Sequence record: PV764603.1
Strand: one strand, 5' to 3'
DNA: 64,000 bases
Made by a program: the position numbers and the translations under genes. The notes beneath the pieces were generated by a model. That model had not been told where the DNA came from, made no database searches, and saw only the letters and a list, made by a program, of their open reading frames with translations. Shown here in pieces: positions 18,004 to 26,838 of this stretch (position 1 is its first letter; each line of letters begins with the position of its first letter).

Positions 18004-18530
18004 CTGTAACGTTACAGTACCTTTACAGGATGCCAAAATGGGGCGTTTCGGTAAAAACACTTCCGCCTTTAGACACGCCTGCGTTACAGTAAAATCTGAG
18101 CGGTCTGAGGGGAAACCGCCGCAGGGGTCGAAAACGCAGAAACGCGGATCCTTCAATCCCCAGCAATAAAAAACGCGGAGACTTGATGTTTTGACAGAAA
18201 TTTTATGTAACGTACCCTCCCCTAGAGATATTAGACACGCCACCGTTACAGTAAAATCGTCTTTTCAGGTGAAAACCCCACCCCAAAGGGGCCAGCCTTT
18301 GGGGTGGGGTTTCGTACCCAGGTACACATCAGGAATCTCTAGCTCTACGTTTCTATGAAATCCCCACTAAGGCACAAACCTAGGAATGGCTCCGGCCTCC
18401 GGCCTTCTCCATTCGTACAGGTTGTTCTTAGGGGGAATGCCTTTTCGCTTACGCGATCCTTCCTGATTCACCCTCTAGGGCACGAAACCCTCTAAAATCA
18501 CCGCGTTTTTCGCAGTTTACCCTGTAACCA
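18004..18530. repeat. non-coding repeat/palindrome cluster (candidate replication origin)
   Basis: 14-bp palindrome CTGTAACGTTACAG 18004-18017; 28-bp direct repeats TTAGACACGCC-NNC-GTTACAGTAAAATC at 18069 and 18231; 17-bp perfect inverted repeat 18273-18289/18296-18312. Confidence 0.7.
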
Positions 18531-18867
18531 ATAGGTCGGGGACGTCAACCCCGGTAGTTTAGGGCCCAACCTCTATGAAAGGGTTCCAGAACCACCACTT
18601 TCCCTGTCTCCCGTTCCGGCAGTTCTGCCCTTACGGAACCACCTCGCACGGGTCAGGATCGACCCAGGAGGGTCAGAATGGGTCCAGAAGGCCAAAATCG
18701 CCTAGGATCGAGCGTATCTACGCTGGATGCACGCTGTTTTCTCGCAATTTGAGTGTACGAGGGCGATAGAACCCCTCAGCCTACCATCACCTGCTCTGGC
18801 GTTGTCCGGGTTGGGGTGGAAATTGTGTCATAACAACTTACGGACAACTTCAACTGAGGAACACGTT

Positions 18868-20718
18868 GTGAATCTCATTCCAACTGTTTTTGCTTCACAG
18901 AAGCCGTCCCTTCCCAGCGCTGAGGTTGCTTTCGCTTCCTTTGGCTGCGAAGGCTGCGGCAACCACTTCTCGGTGCAGGCCAGCATGAGCACTCCGTTCT
19001 GCGTTCTGTGTGGTTGCGACAATACCACTCGATTGCAGGACAGCGTTACTGCCTCCGCTCTGGATCCGATCACTGAAGAAGCCAATTGCGCAGTAGTGGA
19101 ATGCTCCTGCTGCAATCAGCACCTCGTCATGAGTTCCGCGGTCGAAGACAACGGCGTTGTTTTCTGTTCGGTCTGCGGCACTGACAATCATTTCGTTTCG
19201 GAAGCTGCTTCTGACGACGATGATGAGGACGAGGACGAAGAGGACGCTTGCGTCAAGATTGGTCGGGAAAGCCAAGGCCGTACTGAAATCGAACTGGAAG
19301 CGGACAAGGTTGCTGATCCGCAGACGTTCGTGGATGCCAACGAGCCGCCGCACTACCGCGAGTCGAACCCGGCCGCTGCGAAGCGCGACAAGAACAACGA
19401 AGAAAAGGCCGCTGCCAAGTGTGCATCCGATAAGGATGACAAGGAAGAAGCCAAGAAGGAAGACCCGGGTCTTGCTCATGAGCGTGAACGCCACGGCATG
19501 CTGAAGAAGGATAAGGAAGAGGATGCGGGCTGCGACGAATTCAAGGTCGGTGATCCGCAGACGTTCGTGAACAACCACGAACCGGAAGGCCATCGTGATT
19601 CCAATCCGGCTGACGCCCATAGGAACAACGAGAACGAAGAAGTGAAGGCAACTAAGGGCGATGCCCCTATCGAAACCATCGCTGCCCGTAAGGGCCGCAC
19701 CACCGATCTGGACAAGGTTGATCGCTCTGAACTGAGTTCGGTTCCGGGCGCTGATGGCCGTCTGCCTGAGTTCAAGTTCCCCTCGGAAGAGGAGGTCTAC
19801 AAGAACAGCGTGGCTAAGGATAAGCTGGATCAGAAGAGCGTGCAGCCGGACGGCACGGACAACTGCGTGAACGAAGACGCCTTCAAGGGCGAGCAGTTCA
19901 AGGCAGTTCCGCTGCTGGACATTGTGCGTACCTCGCAGCCGGGAAATCCGCCGATTCGCTTTGGCCGTGTCGAAGCCTCCATCGTTGCATACGTCGGTCC
20001 GTACACCGTCGCTGTGCTGGAAGAGGCGAACGTCAACGCCAACGTGCGTGAGCACTTCAAGACTCAGGCGTATCTGGAAGCCATCGCCAACAGCGTTGAG
20101 ATTTCCGGCTTCGATGAGACTCTGGCCTCCTTCGGCTTCGAGCACCTGACCATCAAGAGCAACGATACGGCCATCGCCGCCCTTGCTAATGATCGTGTCG
20201 AAGCTCGCGCTGCCGAACTGGCTTCTGCCAAGAATCAGGCTTCGCTGGACGAAGTGCAGGCGTGCCTCGCTATCGCCAGCACCGGCATCACCAAGCAGTT
20301 CTTCGATGCGGGCAACCCCATCCGAGACGCGCTGGTTGCTTCTCTGGAGAATGCGGGCCTGCGCAATCCCCACCGTATTGTCGATGAGGCTCTGGCTTCT
20401 TCGCAGGACGGGTACAACAAGGCTCTGATCGCTGAGGCGTTCAACCTGCTGTCTATGCCGGTCGAGGCGCGCAACGCCATTGCCAAGACCGTCGTCGGTT
20501 CGCGTCACGTTTACGAACGTGCCAACGCGGGCGTCCACGAAACCACCAGCACCGTCGTTGCTTCGCTGCGTCAGCCTATGGTCGGCGTCAACGAAGAAGT
20601 GACTGCTAGTGTTCCGCGCCAGAGCGGAGTCGGTAGCAATGCGCGCGGCAATGCCGTTCACCGCACTGTTACGCAATTGAGGTCGGAAGTGGGTAAGGGT
20701 CGCCTGTTCGGCGGCTGA
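18868..20718 (+). CDS. prohead scaffold/core-like protein with N-terminal Zn-ribbons
   Basis: GTG at 18868 after GAGGA; four CxxC pairs, acidic middle with two 33-aa repeats, Ala-rich helical C-half; two genes upstream of the capsid gene. Confidence 0.6.
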   Translation: MNLIPTVFASQKPSLPSAEVAFASFGCEGCGNHFSVQASMSTPFCVLCGCDNTTRLQDSVTASALDPITEEANCAVVECSCCNQHLVMSSAVEDNGVVFCSVCGTDNHFVSEAASDDDDEDEDEEDACVKIGRESQGRTEIELEADKVADPQTFVDANEPPHYRESNPAAAKRDKNNEEKAAAKCASDKDDKEEAKKEDPGLAHERERHGMLKKDKEEDAGCDEFKVGDPQTFVNNHEPEGHRDSNPADAHRNNENEEVKATKGDAPIETIAARKGRTTDLDKVDRSELSSVPGADGRLPEFKFPSEEEVYKNSVAKDKLDQKSVQPDGTDNCVNEDAFKGEQFKAVPLLDIVRTSQPGNPPIRFGRVEASIVAYVGPYTVAVLEEANVNANVREHFKTQAYLEAIANSVEISGFDETLASFGFEHLTIKSNDTAIAALANDRVEARAAELASAKNQASLDEVQACLAIASTGITKQFFDAGNPIRDALVASLENAGLRNPHRIVDEALASSQDGYNKALIAEAFNLLSMPVEARNAIAKTVVGSRHVYERANAGVHETTSTVVASLRQPMVGVNEEVTASVPRQSGVGSNARGNAVHRTVTQLRSEVGKGRLFGG

Positions 20719-20758
20719 TCCTCTTCAATCAATCATTTCACTACTGAGGTAAAATCCC

Positions 20759-21472
20759 ATGTTGGACTTTTCGCAGACCCGTCTCCGTTCGAGCACCTCT
20801 CGCAAGACCGGTACCCCGTTCCTCGTCAATGAAGAAGGCCTGGCCCTCGTCGCTGACACCAACGTTCAGGACGGCGTGACCGTTTCGACCGGCGCTGCCG
20901 GTGAACAGTTCGTCGGCCTGTCGATCACCACTCAGCTGGATCCGGTTTCGGTTCCGCAGGTTGTGGAAGTCGTGGTCGGTGCCAACGGTCAGTTCAAGCT
21001 GCCGGCCGTGCCGTACACCGGCGCTGCTCTGTTCGTCAAGAATCAGACCAGCAACGAAGCCCTGACCGCTGTGGCCGTTGGTGCTACCCCGACCGCCGCT
21101 CAGTACGCTCCGACCGCTGACGCTCAGGTCTTCGCCACCGCCACTGCTTCGGCTGGCAACACCATCCTCGTCGCCTACCGCGTCGCTGCCACTGTCGAAC
21201 TGGTCCGTTGGATTCAGGGTGACCAGCTGCCGGGCCACAACGTCGCCGCTACCCTGAACACCGTCGGCGTGTTCACCAGTGGTGATATCCGTACCTCCTG
21301 CTTCGATACCGGCGCTGACTGGACTGCCGCCGCCCTGTACGTGAAGCTGGGTCCGAACGGCCTGTTCACTGCCACCACCAACATCGCTGAAGCCATTCCG
21401 GGCGTTCGCGTCCTGAGCCGTCCGTCCACTGGTTCGGCTTGGCTGGGCCTGAGCGTCGGCTTCAACGGTTAA
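20759..21472 (+). CDS. putative head decoration/cement protein
   Basis: Strong high-expression codon bias, Ala/Thr/Val-rich, immediately before the MCP. Confidence 0.6.
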   Translation: MLDFSQTRLRSSTSRKTGTPFLVNEEGLALVADTNVQDGVTVSTGAAGEQFVGLSITTQLDPVSVPQVVEVVVGANGQFKLPAVPYTGAALFVKNQTSNEALTAVAVGATPTAAQYAPTADAQVFATATASAGNTILVAYRVAATVELVRWIQGDQLPGHNVAATLNTVGVFTSGDIRTSCFDTGADWTAAALYVKLGPNGLFTATTNIAEAIPGVRVLSRPSTGSAWLGLSVGFNG

Positions 21473-21502
21473 TTCATTGACACACCTCTGAGGAACATTC
21501 AA

Positions 21503-22600
21503 ATGTCGAACATTCAGTTTTCTTCGCAGCGCCGCCCGGTGCGCTCGGCTGTCGCTACTGACTTCCGCTTGTCCGGTCGCAGTGAACGCCTTGTCGGTCA
21601 GGACGGCCACATCAACGCAAGCTCCAAGGCGGACGCACTGAAGACCCTGGCCGCTCTGGCCCAGGAAGTTGCCAGCGGCACCCACGTGGTGACCGAAGAG
21701 GCCGCCGCGACTGCGGAGACTATGGCCAAGGCCCACCGCGAAATGGTGCAGGCCGCTTTCGATGATCCGAAGGAACACGAAGCTCTGGGCGCCGTGCTGA
21801 CCGACGAAATCAACTTCGCCGCCAACAAGCAGGGCTTCGCTCGTAAGCTTCTGAAGCGTCAGGAACTCCAGCAGGGCCAGTACCCCCAGACCCTGCTGCC
21901 GTTCCAGAACGTCATGGGCGTAGTGGCTACCGGTCCGGTCAAGTGTGAAACTCAGCTGATCCGCAACCGTCGCTTCTGGCCGCAGGAGTTCTTCATCGAG
22001 GCTCGCCCGTACATCGAGCAGCGCGAAATCGATCAGACCAACACGGACATCCTTCAGGACAAGTACCTGGAAGCTCTGGAAGGCATCATGGTGCAGGAAG
22101 ATCGCACTTGGCGTGCGATGGCCCTCCAGTCGGTCGGTATCGTGAACCCGTCCACCACCATCGTGGGCGACCTGACCCCGCAGGGTCTGGCCCAGGTTCG
22201 CACCCAGCTGATCTCGAACCGCATCGGCGCGACCAACCTGGTCATGGCCGCTGACCTGTGGAACGACATTATCGGCTCGCAGCAGTTTATGAGCGGCGTC
22301 GATCCGGTCACCCGTCACGAAATCGTTCTGACTGGTGAAATCGGTCGCCTGCTGGGCATGACCATCACCACTGACGCCTACCGTCACCCGTACCACCACG
22401 TTCTGCCGAAGGGCGAGTTCTGGGTGGTGTCGGATCCGAACTACCACGGTAACTTCACTGATCGCGGTGGCGTCGTCGCCGAGCCGATCGGTATCGCTAC
22501 CGAGGGCGTCCCGGGCCGTGGTTGGGCGATGTTCGAGACCGTTTCGATGGTCATCGCCAACGCCGCTTCGATTGCTCTGGCGCGTCGCGTCGGTTCGTAA
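21503..22600 (+). CDS. major capsid protein (HK97-fold inferred)
   Basis: 365 aa, strongest codon bias, features such as FARKLL...ELQQG, TGEIGRLLGMTITTD; followed by a strong terminator. Confidence 0.85.
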   Translation: MSNIQFSSQRRPVRSAVATDFRLSGRSERLVGQDGHINASSKADALKTLAALAQEVASGTHVVTEEAAATAETMAKAHREMVQAAFDDPKEHEALGAVLTDEINFAANKQGFARKLLKRQELQQGQYPQTLLPFQNVMGVVATGPVKCETQLIRNRRFWPQEFFIEARPYIEQREIDQTNTDILQDKYLEALEGIMVQEDRTWRAMALQSVGIVNPSTTIVGDLTPQGLAQVRTQLISNRIGATNLVMAADLWNDIIGSQQFMSGVDPVTRHEIVLTGEIGRLLGMTITTDAYRHPYHHVLPKGEFWVVSDPNYHGNFTDRGGVVAEPIGIATEGVPGRGWAMFETVSMVIANAASIALARRVGS

Positions 22601-22617
22601 TTCCCCCGACAGGGATA

Positions 22618-22648
22618 GGGAGTGGGAGCTTCGGCTCCCCTCCCTTTT
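22618..22648 (+). terminator. intrinsic terminator after MCP
   Basis: GGGAGTGGGAGC-TTCG-GCTCCCCTCCC-TTTT. Confidence 0.85.
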
Positions 22649-22762
22649 GAATGTACTAACGAGACGATTCACCAGTCCTTGTATGAACCAAAAGATGGGC
22701 CGATTAGGCTATCAAGGATGGCGTAAGGCTGTTGGTGTTTCGTCCCTTTAGTACATTTACTT

Positions 22763-22838
22763 GGACATGTAGCTCAGCTGGTAGAGCACCGGACTGTTAA
22801 TCCGGCCGTCGCAGGTTCGACCCCTGCCTTGTCCGCCA
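22763..22838 (+). tRNA. tRNA-Asn (GTT), CCA encoded
   Basis: 76-nt cloverleaf: D-arm GCTC/GAGC, anticodon arm CCGGA-CTGTTAA-TCCGG, T-arm GCAGG-TTCGACC-CCTGC, G73, CCA; U6-U67 mismatch. Confidence 0.97.
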
Positions 22839-22885
22839 AAATCTGCACTGGTGTGCGCGCCCGACGTCGCCACTGGCAAATCCTC

Positions 22886-22914
22886 GGGCTACCTCGAAAG
22901 GGGTAGCCCTTTTT
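22886..22914 (+). terminator. intrinsic terminator after the tRNA
   Basis: GGGCTACCTC-GAAA-GGGGTAGCCC-TTTTT. Confidence 0.85.
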
Positions 22915-22940
22915 CATTTCTGCACTCCGAGGACAACGCT

Positions 22941-23396
22941 ATGCTGGAGACGGCGAGTGACAAGAAAAAGAAGGAAGAGCAAAAACTGCATAAGGACGTG
23001 ACGGAAATCATTAAGCACGAACGCCTTGGTGCTCAGAAGGGCCGAGAGGTTGAATTGCTTCAAGCGCATCAAAATAGATTGAGACACGCAGGGCGCTCCA
23101 TGCAGGCCGAGAGTCTGAGCCCCCACATTCGCATCAATTCAGTTGAATCCCAAGATCATAGAGAAGCAGCACAGAAGCTCACTCATCGACTCAAGGAAAA
23201 GGTGGCCTTCCTAAAAGAAAGTGGCCGCGCCGACAAGGGCAAGGAGTTGCACACGCAGCTTGCCGAACAATACAAACACTTGCACTATTGGGCCAACGCA
23301 GGCCACACCCGCAACAAAAGTCCGACCCTGCTGCGAGCACGCGACGATTTCTACAATCGTCACATGGAGCATCAGCGGCTTGCGCTGAAACAATAA
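22941..23396 (+). CDS. His/Lys-rich basic virion (internal head?) protein
   Basis: ATG at 22941 after GAGGA; 13 His in 151 aa. Confidence 0.7.
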   Translation: MLETASDKKKKEEQKLHKDVTEIIKHERLGAQKGREVELLQAHQNRLRHAGRSMQAESLSPHIRINSVESQDHREAAQKLTHRLKEKVAFLKESGRADKGKELHTQLAEQYKHLHYWANAGHTRNKSPTLLRARDDFYNRHMEHQRLALKQ

Positions 23397-23408
23397 CTGG
23401 AGGCATTC

Positions 23409-25034
23409 ATGCAATACAACAAGGCACGCGACCTTCTGTTGGTCGCCATGACTCATCCGGACACTGGGGAGGCACTCGCAGCCCTCCTTAGTGCCCGTTC
23501 GGCTCAAGGCTTTGAGTCACTGCATCATGAACTAGAAGCTACTAGCGCGGCAGAATACGCAGCGCTGGAAAGTGAGTTCGATACGGTGTACGCAGGCCGT
23601 ACCGACAACGCCGATGGTACTGACGGCAACTACCCACACATGCCGGGCAAGTACGATCACAGTTCTAACGGCCGCGCAAACCCTGACGACATTCTGAAGG
23701 GCAACGGCCTCGACCAGTACCCAGGTACAAAGGTAACCTTCCTTATGGACGGCAAGATTGGCAACTCGGGTGATAGCCCGAACGACCCTGCGCTCTCTAA
23801 CATGCAGGACGCAGAAACTGTTCGACAGTCCAATCCCGAAGACGTTGAGCTTGACGACATTATTGGTGACGGTGATCCTATCGTTTCCACTGCGCCGGGT
23901 GAGTTCAATTACGCGCTGGATGGTGAGCACAACAACAACTTTGACGTGAGTGATTTCACTCGCGCCAACAATGATCCGAACGATCAAGACACTGTGCGTG
24001 GCATCGACGACGTTCTGGATGATGAAAGCAACGAAGCTGATCCGCAGCTGCAAGACATTCCGTTTGATGATGACGGTGAAGACGTAGATACGGAATCAGA
24101 GCAGAATTCTTCCGCCGACGATGACGGCGATGCATCGGATGATCCCACCTTGGAAAAGCAAAAGAACCCCTCTTGGACTGACCTCGAAGGTCGGGACGAC
24201 GATGAAATGGTGAACCCGCAGCTGGCCGACGTGGACGATTCGTGCTTGGTTGTTAAGCATCTCGATTCGGTCGTCAAGAGCCTTGGCGATCACCTCAAGT
24301 ATCGACATGACTCGGAAGACAATGGTGCTGGCTACGGTACCAGCTACGAACATTCGTCCGCCGATGACGATGATGACGTAGACGATGAAGATGACGATAT
24401 TCTCGATACCGACAATGAGGATTTCACCATCTTTGATGACGATCCGCTGTATGATCCGAACGATGACGATGAGGATGAAGAGAACGAGCAGGATGACGAT
24501 GACGAAGATCACAACGATGGGGACTATGTTCCAGCATCGGTTGATCTGCCTAACGCCAGCCAGTACCCTGTGCAATCCGCTGAGGACATGCCGGTAAAGA
24601 TTTGGGATCGTGGTGAGCAGGTATCGGACGTGGAGAATGATGGCGACGATGACGTGCGCCTGAATCAAGTGCAGTTGGCAGACACCGACACCAACGGTGA
24701 GGAGGATCAACTTGACATTTACCCGCCGGACGTTAATTGCACCATCACCATCGAAGGACTGGTTCCGGGTGAGTATTGGTACAAGCATCGGGCTGTAGAA
24801 GACGCTGCCTACCACTTGCAGGAGCAGGATCGTTTCGAGAAGGCCGCATCGGCATTCACCACCCTGCACATGGATGCGAAGCGCACAGGCAACACTGAAG
24901 ACGCCCGCAACTTCCATAAGCAGTTTGAGCACGCAAAGCGCTGGGCGGGTCTGCACGGCACTCGCGCTCAGGAACTTCTGAGGCTGCCTGCTGTACGACG
25001 CAAGCCGCTGCCGGAACCACACGGCCTGTCGTAA
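23409..25034 (+). CDS. very acidic (Asp-rich) putative internal head protein
   Basis: 541 aa with long D/E tracts; basic His-rich C-terminal helix. Confidence 0.8.
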   Translation: MQYNKARDLLLVAMTHPDTGEALAALLSARSAQGFESLHHELEATSAAEYAALESEFDTVYAGRTDNADGTDGNYPHMPGKYDHSSNGRANPDDILKGNGLDQYPGTKVTFLMDGKIGNSGDSPNDPALSNMQDAETVRQSNPEDVELDDIIGDGDPIVSTAPGEFNYALDGEHNNNFDVSDFTRANNDPNDQDTVRGIDDVLDDESNEADPQLQDIPFDDDGEDVDTESEQNSSADDDGDASDDPTLEKQKNPSWTDLEGRDDDEMVNPQLADVDDSCLVVKHLDSVVKSLGDHLKYRHDSEDNGAGYGTSYEHSSADDDDDVDDEDDDILDTDNEDFTIFDDDPLYDPNDDDEDEENEQDDDDEDHNDGDYVPASVDLPNASQYPVQSAEDMPVKIWDRGEQVSDVENDGDDDVRLNQVQLADTDTNGEEDQLDIYPPDVNCTITIEGLVPGEYWYKHRAVEDAAYHLQEQDRFEKAASAFTTLHMDAKRTGNTEDARNFHKQFEHAKRWAGLHGTRAQELLRLPAVRRKPLPEPHGLS

Positions 25035-25076
25035 CAGAGAAGGGGCGCAGGAATCCTGCGCCCCTACAGGTGATCT

Positions 25077-25760
25077 ATGAAACCCCAGCGAGCACTGATT
25101 ACGCAGTTGATTCACTCGGTCGGTACTAAGCTCTCTATGGCGTTCCACCTTCCGGCTCCTGTTGTTACTACAGGTAATAACCCCGTGCAGGAATTCCTGC
25201 GTAGGGCTAACGGCCAGAAGGATACTCCGGAAACTCAGTATCCCTTCTTCTACTTGAAGCCACGTGCGTTCAATCTGAATCGCCAAAGCTACAATCCACA
25301 TCGGATGGCAAAGAGTCCTCTAGCGTCTCAACTCGGGCGCTTGGATGATGGTACCTTCATCCAGATGAGGTTGGTTCCAACGTTGGTCACTATTGAAGTT
25401 GGGTATGTGACTAACGACAGTCTTGAATACGAGGTATGGGCAGCTAATTGGATCGCGCTGGCGGCTTCGGGTAGGATAGACTTTGACTTCAAGTACAACG
25501 GTATCAAGATGGGTGTCTTCGTTGAGTTGGCCGATCAGATTGAAATCCCTGAAATCGACCAAGGTGAGGACATAAACCAAATAGTGGGCACTACTACCCT
25601 GACCCTCCACGGTTACGTAGAAATGCCCGGCCGTCCCACTGAGGAAATCGGCACGGTGTCCCCGAAGCTTAGTTTTTCCACCACAACGGCCACGGCTGAC
25701 CCTGAACGCTTCACGACCTACGCAAAGGTTGGTCCTAAAACCACTGTGAGAGACCGATAA
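25077..25760 (+). CDS. neck / tail-terminator-like protein
   Basis: Position before the sheath; YPFFY...LVPTLVTIEVGYVTND...TLTLHGY pattern resembling the T4 gp15/gp3 class. Confidence 0.55.
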   Translation: MKPQRALITQLIHSVGTKLSMAFHLPAPVVTTGNNPVQEFLRRANGQKDTPETQYPFFYLKPRAFNLNRQSYNPHRMAKSPLASQLGRLDDGTFIQMRLVPTLVTIEVGYVTNDSLEYEVWAANWIALAASGRIDFDFKYNGIKMGVFVELADQIEIPEIDQGEDINQIVGTTTLTLHGYVEMPGRPTEEIGTVSPKLSFSTTTATADPERFTTYAKVGPKTTVRDR

Positions 25761-26218
25761 TGGCATCTGGCAATTTTATCCCATACGATAATTTCATCAA
25801 GGAAGTGTTCAGCGGCGCGCTGAACTACTCCACTGATAACATCCAAGCAATGCTGCTTGGTAACAACTACGTTCCGGACCGGTCCTCGCACAAGTTCCTG
25901 TCGGATGTTGTAACCTACGAGGTTCCTGCTACGGGCGGTTATGCACGACAGGTTCTGAGCAACAAGAAGGTGGAACTTCTGTCTCCATCTGGCTTCACCA
26001 AGATCACCGCAGATAACATCCTGTTCGGTGAGAACGTAACCATTCGAGCGCGTTACCTTGTGCTGTTCAACGCTACCCCGACTGGTACCAACGCCCAGCA
26101 ACTGATGTTCTACGTCGATCTGAACAGTGGTGGTACGGAAGCGGTGCAGTCCGCCAACAGTACCTTTGCTCTGGACATTTCGCCGAACGGCATCTATCAG
26201 ATTGATCCCATCCAGTGA
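25760..26218 (+). CDS. virion structural protein
   Basis: TDNIQAMLLGNNYVPD...HKFLSDV..EV..TGGY pattern common in phage tail genes. Confidence 0.7.
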   Translation: MASGNFIPYDNFIKEVFSGALNYSTDNIQAMLLGNNYVPDRSSHKFLSDVVTYEVPATGGYARQVLSNKKVELLSPSGFTKITADNILFGENVTIRARYLVLFNATPTGTNAQQLMFYVDLNSGGTEAVQSANSTFALDISPNGIYQIDPIQ

Positions 26219-26559
26219 AGACTCTGATCGCTGGGTTGAACATTCAGACGGCAGATGACTACATCAAGAAGACGGCACTTCGCACAATCATCGGAGTGCC
26301 TCTCCCAAAAGAAATCGTCGTCTCTCAGACGTTGGCATTGAACAACAATGTTCCCGTCACCATAACGGGAAGGGATGATTCAGTCGTTACGATCATTTCT
26401 CCCGCCAAGCCGGTCAAGGTTACGGCACGTATCGGTAATACCCCTGTGGAGTTCCCCGAGAGCATCACGCCTCTCATTCTTCCGGGCAAGGTTACCAATA
26501 TCGTGGTCACCTCCTTGAATGTTGATCCGGTGAATGTTTTCATCCTTCAAGGAGCATGA
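26215..26559 (+). CDS. small beta-rich structural protein
   Basis: GTGA overlap; Val/Ile/Thr-rich. Confidence 0.65.
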   Translation: MKTLIAGLNIQTADDYIKKTALRTIIGVPLPKEIVVSQTLALNNNVPVTITGRDDSVVTIISPAKPVKVTARIGNTPVEFPESITPLILPGKVTNIVVTSLNVDPVNVFILQGA

Positions 26560-26560
26560 C

Positions 26561-26827
26561 ATGAGTAATCGTATCCTTAGCACTTCTACCATCAGCCGCG
26601 CCGTCCGCATCCTGAATCCGACCACCGGCGACGTGCAGGAAATTCAGGTACAGCGTGGTCAGTACGAACTGCCGGAAGGTTACAGTATCGCTGCCGCTGA
26701 CCTTGCCCTGTATTCCCCGTTCCTTTCGCAGATTGATGTTGAAGGAAAGGTGATTCCGCTGGCTGGGGTTCAGTCGATCCCTGACACGCCGATTGCGGTG
26801 CCCACTAACGACGCTGACGACAACTAA
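26561..26827 (+). CDS. small structural protein
   Basis: ATG at 26561 after GGAG, just before the sheath gene. Confidence 0.65.
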   Translation: MSNRILSTSTISRAVRILNPTTGDVQEIQVQRGQYELPEGYSIAAADLALYSPFLSQIDVEGKVIPLAGVQSIPDTPIAVPTNDADDN

Positions 26828-26838
26828 GGTAACTTCCA

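Noticed and set aside
18191-18218. TTGACA as a sigma70 promoter in the origin-like region
   Set aside because: The hexamer at correct spacing (TACCCT) is a poor -10 match; not supportable
18069-18258. 28-bp direct repeats as a CRISPR array
   Set aside because: Only two copies, 162 bp apart, and no cas genes; no CRISPR array was found anywhere in the window
25041-25065. GC-rich hairpin after the acidic gene as a terminator
   Set aside because: Perfect stem but no U-tract on either strand; may be a stability or processing hairpin, so not called
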